From: Planctomycetota bacterium
GTDB taxonomy: Bacteria; Planctomycetota; UBA1135; UBA2386
Direction: 5' to 3'
DNA: 64,000 nucleotides
Assembly (NCBI GenBank): GCA_947501605.1
Contig: CANMWZ010000003.1
Coordinates: 228,298 to 292,297, forward strand
Shown: piece by piece, positions 29,925 through 39,838 of the stretch
Numbering within the stretch: position 1 is the first letter of the stretch
Layout of the letters: each line of letters starts with the position of its first letter
Made by a program: the position numbers and the translations under genes
Notes under the pieces: generated by a model
The model's database searches: none
The model's input: the letters and a program-made list of their open reading frames with translations, nothing else
What the model was told of the DNA's origin: nothing

Positions 29925-30434
29925 GCAGATCTCGGACGCAGGAGCCGGCTCGCCGCGACCGACTTGTCCGTCGATGCGGTAGCGCCATCGGGGCCGCGAC
30001 CTTCATCGCGACCCTGCGGCCGGTCGCAACACCTAGCTCCTGGGCGCGCGCGATTGCCCGGCACCGCGGGCAAGTCGGGGCCACGGGCACCTCGCGCGGT
30101 CGCGTGCAAGCATGGCAACCGCCGCCGAGCGCGAGCCGTGGCCACCCTGTCCCCTTGGGTGTCGACGCAGAGCCCGATGGAAGCAGCCCACACGACTGCC
30201 GGCGCGATGCTCGGCTGCGACACGCATGGGGCGCAGCATCAAAACGGCCTGCCCGTCCGCAGGAACCCTGCCGGACGCGCTCACGACCAAGGCCCCTTTT
30301 CGCAAGGGAACCGCAGTCGAAGCGGCAAATCTGGCGGCATCCCAGCCGAGTGCAAGTTGACTACCGCCAGGCGCCGCGCCACCTACGAGTCAGCACCGCC
30401 GCCAGAGCGGGGCGCTGCGTCAGCGTCACAGCGA

Positions 30435-30569
30435 TCAGCCGACGCGGAACTTGCCAGCGCGGCGGATCTTGCGCTTGATGACCTTGCGGCCACCAGCGGT
30501 CTTCGAGCGGGTGCGGAACCCGACCATCTTCAGACGCTTCGTCTTCGAGCGACGGACCTTGAGCTTCAT
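30435..30569 (-). CDS. rpmH: 50S ribosomal protein bL34, 44 aa, not in the ORF track
   Basis: Hand translation MKLKVRRSKTKRLKMVGFRTRSKTAGGRKVIKRKIRRAGKFRVG; GFRxRxxTxGGRKVI signature. Confidence 0.92.
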   Translation of the reverse strand: MKLKVRRSKTKRLKMVGFRTRSKTAGGRKVIKRKIRRAGKFRVG

Positions 30570-30625
30570 GAGTAAATCTCCGGCGGTCGCTCACCAATGG
30601 GTGTGCGATGCATCGAGGGCGGGGG

Positions 30626-30654
30626 AAGGTAGCGACCTGACGCCTCGGTTGCAA
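30626..30654 (-). promoter_or_regulatory. Sigma70-type promoter of rpmH
   Basis: TTGCAA-17 nt-TACCTT, then CCCCCGCCCT-like GC-rich stretch. Confidence 0.6.
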
Positions 30655-30710
30655 CCACGGCTCCGATCCGGAATTTGGAGCCTGGCCTCCCGACCGGCAT
30701 GCTGCTTCCC

Positions 30711-32045
30711 ATGAAACTGCTCCGCCGACTCTCGCAGCGGTGCCGCGCCGCCTGTGCCGCTCCGATTCTGGTCACCGCCGCCATGGCGCAAGCCCATCCC
30801 GGCAAGGCCGGTGAGGACGTCGCGGCGTGGGTCGCGTCTCGCCTCCAAGAGTTCGAGTCGTTCTACCAGGACCTGCACGAACATCCGGAGCTCTCCTTTC
30901 AGGAACGACGCACGGCCGAGTGCTTCGCGGCCGGCCTGCGCCAGCAGGGCCTGGAGGTTACGACCGAAGTCGGCGGCACTGGTGTGGTCGCAGTGCTGGC
31001 GAACGGCCCGGGGCCTGTAGTCATGCTTCGCGCCGACTTGGACGCGCTCCCCATCGCCGAGATGACCGGCCTGCCGTATGCATCCACCGTCCGTGCCGAG
31101 GCCCAGAATGGCGCGGCGATCGGCGTCATGCACGCGTGTGGTCACGATCTGCACATGACGAGCGCACTCGCAACCGCCAGCTGGTTCGCGAGCAATCGGA
31201 ACGATTGGCGAGGGACCCTCGTGTGTATCGGGCAGCCCGCCGAGGAGCGGGCCAGCGGCGCCAAGGCAATGCTGCACGATGGACTGTTCGAACGGTTCCC
31301 GAGGCCCAACGTTGCCTTCGCACTGCATTGCGAGCCACTGCTGCCCACTGGCACCGTCGGCTTCCGCGCCGGGCCACTCATGGCCGCGGTCGATAGCGTC
31401 GACGTCACGATCTTCGGTCGCGGCGGCCACGGCGCGGCGCCGCACCGCACCATCGACCCGATCCTGATTGCGTCCCAGTATGTCCTCGCACTGCAGACGA
31501 TTATCAGCCGCGAAATCGACCCGGTGCAACCAGCGGTGATCACCGTCGGCTCCTTTCATGCCGGCAGCAAGCACAACATCATCCCCGACCGCTGCGACCT
31601 CCAACTGACGGTGCGCAGCTACGACGAGGGCGTCCGCGCGCAAATGCGCACCGCGATTGTGCGCAAGGCACGAGCGCTCAGCGAAGCGGCGGGCGCACCG
31701 GAGCCACGTGTCGAGTTCTCCGAACCGACCGGGGCGCTTCGCAACGACGCGGAACTGACAGCAACGACGGCCACGGCCTTGCGCGAGGCCCTCGGAGAAG
31801 CACAGGTAGTCGAAGTGCAACCGCAGATGGTCGCCGAGGACTTCGGTCAGTTCGGCGACGCCGGCGTGCCCATCTGCATGTTGCGGCTCGGGACGACAAC
31901 CGAGGAGCGCCTCGCGTCATGGCAGGACAAAGGCGGCCCCCCGGGGCTGCACACGGCGGGCTACTACCCGGACCTACGAGCCTCGTTGACCACCGGGGTC
32001 GTCGCCAGCGTGGCAGCCTTGAAGGCAGCCCTCGCTCGCCCTTGA
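30711..32045 (+). CDS. M20D family amidohydrolase
   Basis: HPELSFQE, RADLDALP, MHACGHD, QPAEE and AEDF. Confidence 0.92.
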   Translation: MKLLRRLSQRCRAACAAPILVTAAMAQAHPGKAGEDVAAWVASRLQEFESFYQDLHEHPELSFQERRTAECFAAGLRQQGLEVTTEVGGTGVVAVLANGPGPVVMLRADLDALPIAEMTGLPYASTVRAEAQNGAAIGVMHACGHDLHMTSALATASWFASNRNDWRGTLVCIGQPAEERASGAKAMLHDGLFERFPRPNVAFALHCEPLLPTGTVGFRAGPLMAAVDSVDVTIFGRGGHGAAPHRTIDPILIASQYVLALQTIISREIDPVQPAVITVGSFHAGSKHNIIPDRCDLQLTVRSYDEGVRAQMRTAIVRKARALSEAAGAPEPRVEFSEPTGALRNDAELTATTATALREALGEAQVVEVQPQMVAEDFGQFGDAGVPICMLRLGTTTEERLASWQDKGGPPGLHTAGYYPDLRASLTTGVVASVAALKAALARP

Positions 32046-32089
32046 CCCACGGGACGACGAATCGCCAGGGTCCAAGGGCGGTGCACTTC

Positions 32090-32530
32090 TCAGCAATCGG
32101 AGCCCGCCCCGATTCCTTCGAACAGCGCCATCCGCATCCGCGCCACCGGATCGATGGGCACAGGCCGCAAGTCGGCTCCGACCCAGACCAAGACTGCGCT
32201 CGATCGAACCAGCGCGGTGCCGTTGCCGCGAACTTCGAAGACCATGTCGAAACTGCTTCGACCGAGTCTGCAGACGCGGGCCGCCGTGGCCATGTCCATC
32301 CGCAGGCGACCGGGTAGAAGGAAGGTCGTGCGCGCATCCGCCAGCACGAAGGGCAGGCGGTCCTGCGGCAGCACACCCAGTTGTTCGAAGTAGAGGAAAC
32401 GCGCTTGCTCCATCAGACTCAGGTAGACCGCGTTGTTCACGACACCCTCGGAGTCGACATCGACCCAGCGCAGCGGCGTCGGCGCGAGAAAACGAAAGGG
32501 AACCCCTGCATCAAGTACTGGCGATGGCAT
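32090..32530 (-). CDS. Acyl-CoA thioesterase (YbgC/4HBT family)
   Basis: RWVDVDSEGVVNNAVYLSLMEQAR. Confidence 0.88.
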   Translation of the reverse strand: MPSPVLDAGVPFRFLAPTPLRWVDVDSEGVVNNAVYLSLMEQARFLYFEQLGVLPQDRLPFVLADARTTFLLPGRLRMDMATAARVCRLGRSSFDMVFEVRGNGTALVRSSAVLVWVGADLRPVPIDPVARMRMALFEGIGAGSDC

Positions 32531-32604
32531 TGGTGCTGAAGAAACTGGAGCGAACAGAGCGGCCCGTTCGTAGACGGCCGCAGCTTTTGAAGCGAGGCTG
32601 AATC

Positions 32605-34092
32605 ATGTCCGGATCCACCACTGCTGTCGCTGCGTTGTCGATCGCCTTCGCCCTACTCGCGAGGTCGGGCCAGGCCCAGGAGCCAGACAAGGTCCTGAAG
32701 GAACGGCAGCCTAGCCTCCAAGTCGTCGAACCCGACGAGCACGACCGGGACCTGCGCATGACACCGGTCGTTCGCGCCGTACAGAAGGCGGCCGACTCGG
32801 TAGTCAGCATCTACATCCACCACCAAAGGGGCATCGGCGGTACTGGGCTTGCGTCGAACCGCAGTGTGACCGAAGGCCAGGGCTCGGGAGTGATCCTCGA
32901 CGAGAACGGCTTCGTCATCACCAACTGGCACGTGATTGCCGCTGCACTGGGCAACGACGCGATGTCGGTGGAGATCAAACTCAAGGACGGTCGCGCCAAG
33001 TCAGCGCGCATCCTGAGTCACTCGCCAGAACACGACCTCGCTCTGCTGCAACTACAACTGGAGGACGGCGAACGAGTGCAGCCGGTGTCGATCGGCCGCT
33101 CCAAAGATCTGATGGTCGGCGAGACCGTGGTGGCAATCGGGAATCCACAAGGCCACGCCAACACCGTGACCAGCGGGGTGCTTTCTGCGATTGGTCGCTC
33201 GATCCGCGTGCAGGCTCCAGACCGCACGATGCGCGAGTACTCCGGATTGCTCCAGACCGACGCGGCGATCAACCAGGGCAATAGCGGCGGCGCGCTCCTC
33301 GACATCACCGGGCGCCTGATCGGCATCAACAACGCCATGGCGATGGGTGCCGAGAACATCGGCTTCGCAATCCCCGTCGACACGATGCGCGAGGTATTCG
33401 AAACACAGTTGCTGAGCAGCGACAGCCTGACGAACGCAGGAGACGCACCGTGGCTCGGCATGGACGTGGCGGAGAACGGCGGCGCCATCGTGGTCAACAA
33501 GGTCGTTCGGGGTGGGCCAGCAGCCACCGCGGGCATTCGCATCGGCGATGTCATCGAGATCGCATCCGGTGAGAACGTTCGTACGCGTCTCGACTTCACG
33601 CGCCGCCTGCTGCGCGCCGACCAAGACAAGCCGTTTGCGCTGCGGTTGCGCCGCGAGCGCGAGACCCTCGACCTCTCGCCGCAACCATGGTCTCGAGCCG
33701 AGGGTGGAGTTCTCGCGATGACTGGCCTCGTGCTCGAAGAAGTGAGGCCAACTCAGGATCGCCAACTGGTCGAAACCGTCACGCGCACCTTTTGGCGCGG
33801 CAAGCGCGCGTTCCGCGTGCCGCTGTTCGCTGCGGCACTGCGCGTGGTCGAAGTGCAGGAAGGCAGCCCAGCGGCCGCACTGCGCGTCGCACCGGGCGAC
33901 GTGCTGATGGCTGCAGAGCTGCCATCCCGCTTCGGCGGCTCCGGGGAAGAACCTCTGGAGTCGAGACGGACGCTTGCGAGTTGGTTGCAACAACTCCAAG
34001 GCCGCACCATCCGGCTCGTCGTGCTGCGGGGCAACGAAGACCTTGCGGGCACCCTCGATGTGCGAGCGGTCGAAAGCGACGGGACTCGCTGA
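32605..34092 (+). CDS. HtrA/DegP-like serine protease with PDZ domains
   Basis: GSGVI, TNWHV, HDLALL and QTDAAINQGNSGG. Confidence 0.93.
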   Translation: MSGSTTAVAALSIAFALLARSGQAQEPDKVLKERQPSLQVVEPDEHDRDLRMTPVVRAVQKAADSVVSIYIHHQRGIGGTGLASNRSVTEGQGSGVILDENGFVITNWHVIAAALGNDAMSVEIKLKDGRAKSARILSHSPEHDLALLQLQLEDGERVQPVSIGRSKDLMVGETVVAIGNPQGHANTVTSGVLSAIGRSIRVQAPDRTMREYSGLLQTDAAINQGNSGGALLDITGRLIGINNAMAMGAENIGFAIPVDTMREVFETQLLSSDSLTNAGDAPWLGMDVAENGGAIVVNKVVRGGPAATAGIRIGDVIEIASGENVRTRLDFTRRLLRADQDKPFALRLRRERETLDLSPQPWSRAEGGVLAMTGLVLEEVRPTQDRQLVETVTRTFWRGKRAFRVPLFAAALRVVEVQEGSPAAALRVAPGDVLMAAELPSRFGGSGEEPLESRRTLASWLQQLQGRTIRLVVLRGNEDLAGTLDVRAVESDGTR

Positions 34093-34219
34093 CACCTGCG
34101 ATCTGCCTGTTGATTCCGCGCCGGACCTTGGTCGAGAGCGGTTGCGGACCTGGCCGCCGCCGCCTGGCGCCCCGCAGAATCGCAACCGCTCGTGGTGCTC
34201 CTTGCTGGCGCTCGCGGTT

Positions 34220-35692
34220 TCAACGGTAGACCCACGCGCAACGCGCGATCATCGTGAAGCTGGTCGCGAGGTCCGGGTCGTCGAGAGCTGGCGTCTCGGA
34301 TAGACCGCGCTGCACATGGCTTCGCTGTAGCAGCTGACGGAGGTCCGCGACTGGCAGAGCCTCCAGCATGAAAAACGCCTTCGGATCCCGCTCCGCGCGA
34401 TGCTCGGCAAAGGTGCCGCCGCGGACGATTCGCCAGTGGGTCGGCAATCCGCCGCGACCCTGCCCGATGCGCTCGAGCAACGCCGCGGTGACATCATCGA
34501 CGGCGCGCCGAAGCTCCGGATCGGGTCGCCGCGCCAGATGCGCGCGCAGTGCGGGCAGCACCACCCCAGCGCTGAGCCAGCCGCGCTCGAAATAGCCATC
34601 CCCTTCGGTGAATGACCCCTCCCCGAAACAGAACGTGTGCAACTCGGGCCGGTAGCGTGCGGCAATGGCCAGCGCCATCTCGGTGGCAGCAAGCGCCACC
34701 ACAGGGTCGGGGCGCAACTGCAGGTACGACTCCAGTTCGAGCAGCGGCCAGGCGTAGTCACGCGCCCGTTCGCCGCTGCCTTGCGCCATCGGCGGCGCTG
34801 ACGCCAGCCCGCGTGCAATCTGAGCGGCCACAGTCAGCATGCGTTCGTCCGCACACAGCGCCCCCATCCATAGCAGTCCCTGTAGCCAAGCGTGCCCCGG
34901 GGCGGGGGCATTGATGCGGTGATCCGGACCGTGCTGGAACGGCAGCCCAGTGCGTGAGTCGATGTCGCGATCGCAGAGGTGCAAAGCCGATCGACGAGCC
35001 GCCAGCAGCAACGTTTCATCGCCGAGCGCCAGCGCGAGCCGCAAGAGTGCCAAGGTCGTGTCGAACTCGAGGTTGGTGACCACTCCACCACTGCGAGCGT
35101 AGTCCCCTGCCCCGCGCCGCCCCGGCAGCTCGACCAGGGCTGCAGCGGCCCGACGTAGATGCGCTCGCACTTCCTGCCCGAGTCGCCCCGCTGGCGGCAA
35201 CAAGCCCATGCGCTCGAACTGGACGCGCGGCAACGTCAGCAACGACAGGCAGCGGCGCGGCAGTCCCTCACTCTCTTCCGTCAGCATTTCTCCTGCGGTG
35301 TACTTCTCGCCGCGCCATTCGACGTCCGACGCAAACGTCAGCACTCGCTGGGTGTCGACCGTCCCGTCTGCGAAGTGCCACTCGCTGGTGCGCTCGTGCA
35401 CCGCCGTCGTCGCCTCGTCGCGAGCCATCGCGAGGTCCTTGTGCTGTAGCGCCGACAACGGGGCCGGTCCGCCAAGTTGCATGCGGACACGCCGGCCTGT
35501 ACCCGAGACCGCGACTTCGACCCAGCACTGGTCCTTTGGTGCGCACAACGGCAGCGGTCGCCACGACAACTGCCCTGGCCCCATCAACGTGAGGCCGGAG
35601 TCCAAGACGCGCTGCGGCACCGTCGCACCAAAGCGCGCAGGGCCAGGGTCGACTGCGAACGCGAGCACGATCTGGAGGAGCACCAAAGGCAT
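34220..35692 (-). CDS. Hypothetical protein, possibly YetA/PcRGLX-like alpha-barrel glycan enzyme
   Basis: GAGDY...TNLEFD...HLCDRDID pattern; helical C-terminal half. Family call tentative. Confidence 0.5.
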   Translation of the reverse strand: MPLVLLQIVLAFAVDPGPARFGATVPQRVLDSGLTLMGPGQLSWRPLPLCAPKDQCWVEVAVSGTGRRVRMQLGGPAPLSALQHKDLAMARDEATTAVHERTSEWHFADGTVDTQRVLTFASDVEWRGEKYTAGEMLTEESEGLPRRCLSLLTLPRVQFERMGLLPPAGRLGQEVRAHLRRAAAALVELPGRRGAGDYARSGGVVTNLEFDTTLALLRLALALGDETLLLAARRSALHLCDRDIDSRTGLPFQHGPDHRINAPAPGHAWLQGLLWMGALCADERMLTVAAQIARGLASAPPMAQGSGERARDYAWPLLELESYLQLRPDPVVALAATEMALAIAARYRPELHTFCFGEGSFTEGDGYFERGWLSAGVVLPALRAHLARRPDPELRRAVDDVTAALLERIGQGRGGLPTHWRIVRGGTFAEHRAERDPKAFFMLEALPVADLRQLLQRSHVQRGLSETPALDDPDLATSFTMIARCAWVYR

Positions 35693-35774
35693 GCCCTGCT
35701 CATGCCCGCGCGCCTCCTTTGGTAACGCACCAGCTCGCATCCCCTCGCGACCGAAGCCGCGTTGCTTGCGACCG

Positions 35775-36251
35775 TCAGTCGCGCCAACCCGAGGCGTGAT
35801 ACCCACCACCCGCGACAAGCCACTGCCGGAAGCTGTCGTGGTACGGCGCGGTCAAGAGGGCGGGGAGTTCCTCGCGTTGCATCCAGCGCACAGCCAGAAC
35901 TTCGGCCGAGGCGACAGGGTCGCCAACCGTCTCGCAGGCGAAGAAGAACGAGCGCCAGACGTAGCGTCGACATCGCTGCGACTCGCGTTCGCCTTCCTGC
36001 ACGAACAGAAAGGTCGTCGGTGCACGTAGGACCAGCGCCGTTTCCTCCAGCAGTTCGCGCGCGAGCGCTTCGTGCAAGAGTTCGCCGGGCTCGACTTGGC
36101 CCCCAGGAAGGTCCCACGAAAGCACGCTGCGACCGCCGATCATGCGTTCGTTCTGAACCATCAGAATCCGGTGATCGCGCTCGATCACCGCAAACGTGCC
36201 GAGAAAGTCGTTCTCTCTAAGGTGCGCGGCGCGGATGTCGTCATCGACCAT
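35775..36251 (-). CDS. Nudix hydrolase
   Basis: GGQVEPGELLHEALARELLEETAL Nudix box. Confidence 0.9.
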   Translation of the reverse strand: MVDDDIRAAHLRENDFLGTFAVIERDHRILMVQNERMIGGRSVLSWDLPGGQVEPGELLHEALARELLEETALVLRAPTTFLFVQEGERESQRCRRYVWRSFFFACETVGDPVASAEVLAVRWMQREELPALLTAPYHDSFRQWLVAGGGYHASGWRD

Positions 36252-36260
36252 GGCGCGACG

Positions 36261-37397
36261 CTACGCGCGACCGCGGTAGATCGCGAGCAACTCAGCGGCG
36301 ACGACGTCCGGATGGAACGACGAGAGGTGCGCGCGCGCGTCCTGTACCAGCGCCGCGGCGGCAGCGCGATCCGCACGCAGCGCCATGAGCGCCCGCGCCA
36401 GACCTGGCGGCCCGTCGCTCTCCGGCACCAAGACTCCACGGCCCCATTGTCCAAGGACATCGCGTACGCCAGGAACGTCGTAGCCCACGACCGGCACGCC
36501 GGCCGCGAAGGCCTCGATCGCCACCAATGGGCACCCTTCGCGCCGACTCGACAACACCAACGCGTCGTAGGCCGGAAGCAGCGAACGTGCGCGTTCCGTG
36601 CTGCCGCAGAAGCTCACTCGGGAGCTGACGGTCTTCGACAAGCGCCCCAGCAGCGGCCCGCCGCCATGCACGTGCCCGATGCAATCAGGAAGGAGCCCTA
36701 CTGCCGTGACGAAGTGGTCCACCCGCTTGACGGGCACGAGTCGACCATAGATGGCAACGGCGAACGCATCGCCGGCGAGCCCAAGAAGGCGGCGCGCCTC
36801 CTCGCGGCTGTGGAAACAAGGCAGAGGCACGGCCGGTCGCACCACCGCGAAACGACTGCGCGGCGCGACACCCAGATCGACGAGTTCGTCGCGACAACTC
36901 GGGCTGACGGCCACCAGCGCGTCGGTCCGCCGAGCCAACCGAGCCTCGAGCCGCAGCAGGCCCCAGGACAACAACGGCCCGAAGTAGTCGCGGAGCACGA
37001 TGCCGTGAAACGTGTGCACGACCCGCGGCACCCCTTCCTGAAAGGCTGCGTTGCGGCCGAGCCAGCCGGCGGCGCTGGTGTGGGTGTGGACGACATCGGG
37101 GGCATACGCGCGCATCGCCCGCCGCAAGGCCGAGCTGGCGGTCAGTTTGCCGAGCGCTGCGAGGCCATTGCCGAGACCGGGGAGTTCGACGAAACCAACG
37201 GAATGGCGGTCAATGTGGAGCGGTGCCACGCGCGGCAACCCGTGCGCGACGAGGTCGATTCCCTGCTCTCCTCGTGAACAACGACCAACCACCAGCAGCG
37301 TCCCGATGCCCAGTTGTGCGTGTGCATGCCACAAGGCAATGGCCTGCAGCGTCGGTCCGCCGACGTTCGGCCGGGTCAAGACACGCATTACGCGCAT
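36261..37397 (-). CDS. GT4 glycosyltransferase
   Basis: PDVVHTH, HTFHG, GRLVPVK and EGCPLVAIEA. Confidence 0.92.
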   Translation of the reverse strand: MRVMRVLTRPNVGGPTLQAIALWHAHAQLGIGTLLVVGRCSRGEQGIDLVAHGLPRVAPLHIDRHSVGFVELPGLGNGLAALGKLTASSALRRAMRAYAPDVVHTHTSAAGWLGRNAAFQEGVPRVVHTFHGIVLRDYFGPLLSWGLLRLEARLARRTDALVAVSPSCRDELVDLGVAPRSRFAVVRPAVPLPCFHSREEARRLLGLAGDAFAVAIYGRLVPVKRVDHFVTAVGLLPDCIGHVHGGGPLLGRLSKTVSSRVSFCGSTERARSLLPAYDALVLSSRREGCPLVAIEAFAAGVPVVGYDVPGVRDVLGQWGRGVLVPESDGPPGLARALMALRADRAAAAALVQDARAHLSSFHPDVVAAELLAIYRGRA

Positions 37398-39136
37398 TGG
37401 CCCTCCCGTTCGCGCAGCCAACACTCGAACGCGACGACCAGGTACAGCGAATGCCCCAGGTTTTGCTTTTCGCTGCGGTGGAGGTCGATCGCACGATCGA
37501 GGCCGCCCTTACGCAGGTGAGATCGCTGCCTAGTGCGCGGTTCGCGCAGGAGGTCGAGCCACGGCAAGTCAGTACGGAACCAGCGGTCGAGCGGGAGCGA
37601 AAACCCCCGTTTGCGCTGCGCGAACACCACGGCGGGGAGCGCCGAGACAAAGGCATCGCGGAGTGGCTTCTTGCGGTCGCGCTCCCTGGGTGACAATGCC
37701 TGTGCCGCGCGCTGCACTTCGCCATCCAAGAATGGGCAACGGGCTTCGACACTCGCAGCCATGGTCGCGACATCGATCTTGGGCAGCAGGTCGTGGCGCA
37801 AGTAGAAGTCACGATCGATCGCGCTGGCTGCCTGCAATCGCGTGCTCGACGAGAAGAGTGACCACTGGGCCGACAGCACCGAGGGCTCATCGCCGCGGGC
37901 GAGAACCGCGTGGCGGAAGGCTGGCGGCGTCACTTCGAGCAGAGTGTCGTACGGTCGTCGCGAACACAGCGCGCGAAGCAAGCGGGCTCCGTAGCTGGTG
38001 TTCCACGATGGCCGCGCGACGGCCGGCAAGCCAAGGCCAAGTGGCCAGCGCAAGGTCCGGTGTCGGGCATAGCCGAGCAGCGCCTCGTCCGCGCCTTCGC
38101 CGGACAGCAGGATGCGGACCCCGTCCGCCGCCGCCGCTCGCGCGAGCGCGTGAACCGCGAGCACCGACGGATCGCCCAGCGGCAACCCCCAGTGACGAGT
38201 CAGGTGTGGCAGTGCGTCGAGCACTTCGCGCCCACCGTCGACAGGCCTCAGTTCGTGACCACAGTGCTGGGCTACCAGGCGTGCGACATCCCGCTCGCTC
38301 ACGTCATTGCCGTGCGCCAAGAACTGGTAGGCCGGAACCGCGCGCCGCTGTTGGTGCAGGATCGCGGCAAGACAACTGCTGTCGATGCCGCCGGACAGTG
38401 ACAGGGCCACTGGCTGTTCGGCATCGGCACATCGCGCCGTAGCGCGAGCGAGGGCGCTGGCGAAGGACCCGCCCGGGACAGCCGCCGATGAGGTCGGCTG
38501 CACCATCTCGGGGAGCGCCTCGCCGTCAACGTGTCGGCGCTCGTCGCCGTGCGCAACAGCCCCAGTGTTGCCGTAGTGAAAGAACCGCGTGACTGCGGCC
38601 GCTGGCAACTCCGGCTCAACACCCAGCTCGCGCAGGGCCGGCCAGGTCGACGCGAAGGCGACCACTTCGCCGTGCTCGCGAACCACGAACAACGGCTTCT
38701 CGCCCATTGCATCGCGCGACAACCACAGCTGATTCGAGACGCCGTCGACCACCGCCAGCGCATGGTGGCCCGCGAGTTCTGCGATCCGCTCGGGTTGTCC
38801 CCGCGCTACCAGCAGAAGCGGTAGCCACGCATCATTTGGCAGTCGGTCGCGGCGCCGCATTCTCGGTAGCAGCTCGCCCCAGAGTTCGCGGGCGTTGGTG
38901 ATCGCACCGTTCAACACGGCGAGGTAGCGCCCGCCACGGAGCGCCACGGGTTGGGTGCTGAGGCGATCGGTGATCGCAAGGCGCGCACAGCCGAGAACGA
39001 AGTCGCCGCAGATCGCCGAGCCGCCGCCGTCGCTGCCACGCCAGCGCAGGCGTGACAGAGCGCGCTCTGCGCGCGTGGAGATGTCCCCCGCACCAAGCGC
39101 GAGCCACGAACGCCGAGCGCCGAAGATGCCGCACAC
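37388..39136 (-). CDS. Asparagine synthase-like glutamine amidotransferase
   Basis: N-terminal MCGIFG, RLAITD, NG, SGGIDSS, SGEGADE and EARCPFLD. Confidence 0.9.
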   Translation of the reverse strand: MCGIFGARRSWLALGAGDISTRAERALSRLRWRGSDGGGSAICGDFVLGCARLAITDRLSTQPVALRGGRYLAVLNGAITNARELWGELLPRMRRRDRLPNDAWLPLLLVARGQPERIAELAGHHALAVVDGVSNQLWLSRDAMGEKPLFVVREHGEVVAFASTWPALRELGVEPELPAAAVTRFFHYGNTGAVAHGDERRHVDGEALPEMVQPTSSAAVPGGSFASALARATARCADAEQPVALSLSGGIDSSCLAAILHQQRRAVPAYQFLAHGNDVSERDVARLVAQHCGHELRPVDGGREVLDALPHLTRHWGLPLGDPSVLAVHALARAAAADGVRILLSGEGADEALLGYARHRTLRWPLGLGLPAVARPSWNTSYGARLLRALCSRRPYDTLLEVTPPAFRHAVLARGDEPSVLSAQWSLFSSSTRLQAASAIDRDFYLRHDLLPKIDVATMAASVEARCPFLDGEVQRAAQALSPRERDRKKPLRDAFVSALPAVVFAQRKRGFSLPLDRWFRTDLPWLDLLREPRTRQRSHLRKGGLDRAIDLHRSEKQNLGHSLYLVVAFECWLREREGQCA

Positions 39137-39196
39137 AGGCAGCGGTTATGCCGGTTCCGAGGGCGCCACGAAAGAACTCGCGCGCCTTCCTACTCG

Positions 39197-39667
39197 TCAG
39201 AAGAACATCGTCGCCAACAGCAGCAGGTGCCAGCACAGCAGCAGCGAGTAGCCGACCAGTACGACCCAGAGCCCGATGCGCGCAGCGCGGAAGTTCTTGG
39301 TGATCGTCAGGAAGGCGGCGCAAACGCCGATGCCGATGGTCTTGAACAGGATGAACGCCTGCGGTCCGTAGGCCAACACTTGGTCGACCAGAGGATTCAG
39401 CTCCTGCCCCCCGTGCGCCAAGAACAGCAGCGTGAAGTAGGCGTCGGCAAGGTTGAGCAGAACGACAGCGAGCACGGCAAACAGCAGACCGGCGCCGTAG
39501 CGATCGACGAAGATCTCCTGGTCGTCTTCGAGCCTTCGCACATGCTGTCGTCGGCCTCCGGCGAAGGTGTAGCGGGAGAACATGGGCGTCGAGCGTGCGC
39601 GCCGATCGGTCGCTCGTCGCTCGTGCTCGGCTGCTTGAACGGAACAGGGTGCTTGGATCGCCAGCAT
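39197..39667 (-). CDS. DUF5658-like small membrane protein
   Basis: ERR..DRR, VDRY, LNLADAYFT and ELNP. Confidence 0.75.
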   Translation of the reverse strand: MLAIQAPCSVQAAEHERRATDRRARSTPMFSRYTFAGGRRQHVRRLEDDQEIFVDRYGAGLLFAVLAVVLLNLADAYFTLLFLAHGGQELNPLVDQVLAYGPQAFILFKTIGIGVCAAFLTITKNFRAARIGLWVVLVGYSLLLCWHLLLLATMFF

Positions 39668-39838
39668 AGGTAGGAGGGGGGAGTCCGAAAGCAGGATAGC
39701 TCCCCGACCGAAACCGCAGACACCGCAACGCTCCGTTGCCGGCACACCGACCATGGCACGGGCACTTTCCGCTCTACTTTTCTCCGAGCGCAGGTCGCCG
39801 ACGTTGCGGCGCATGGCGAGGTCCGACATCCTGGTGTC

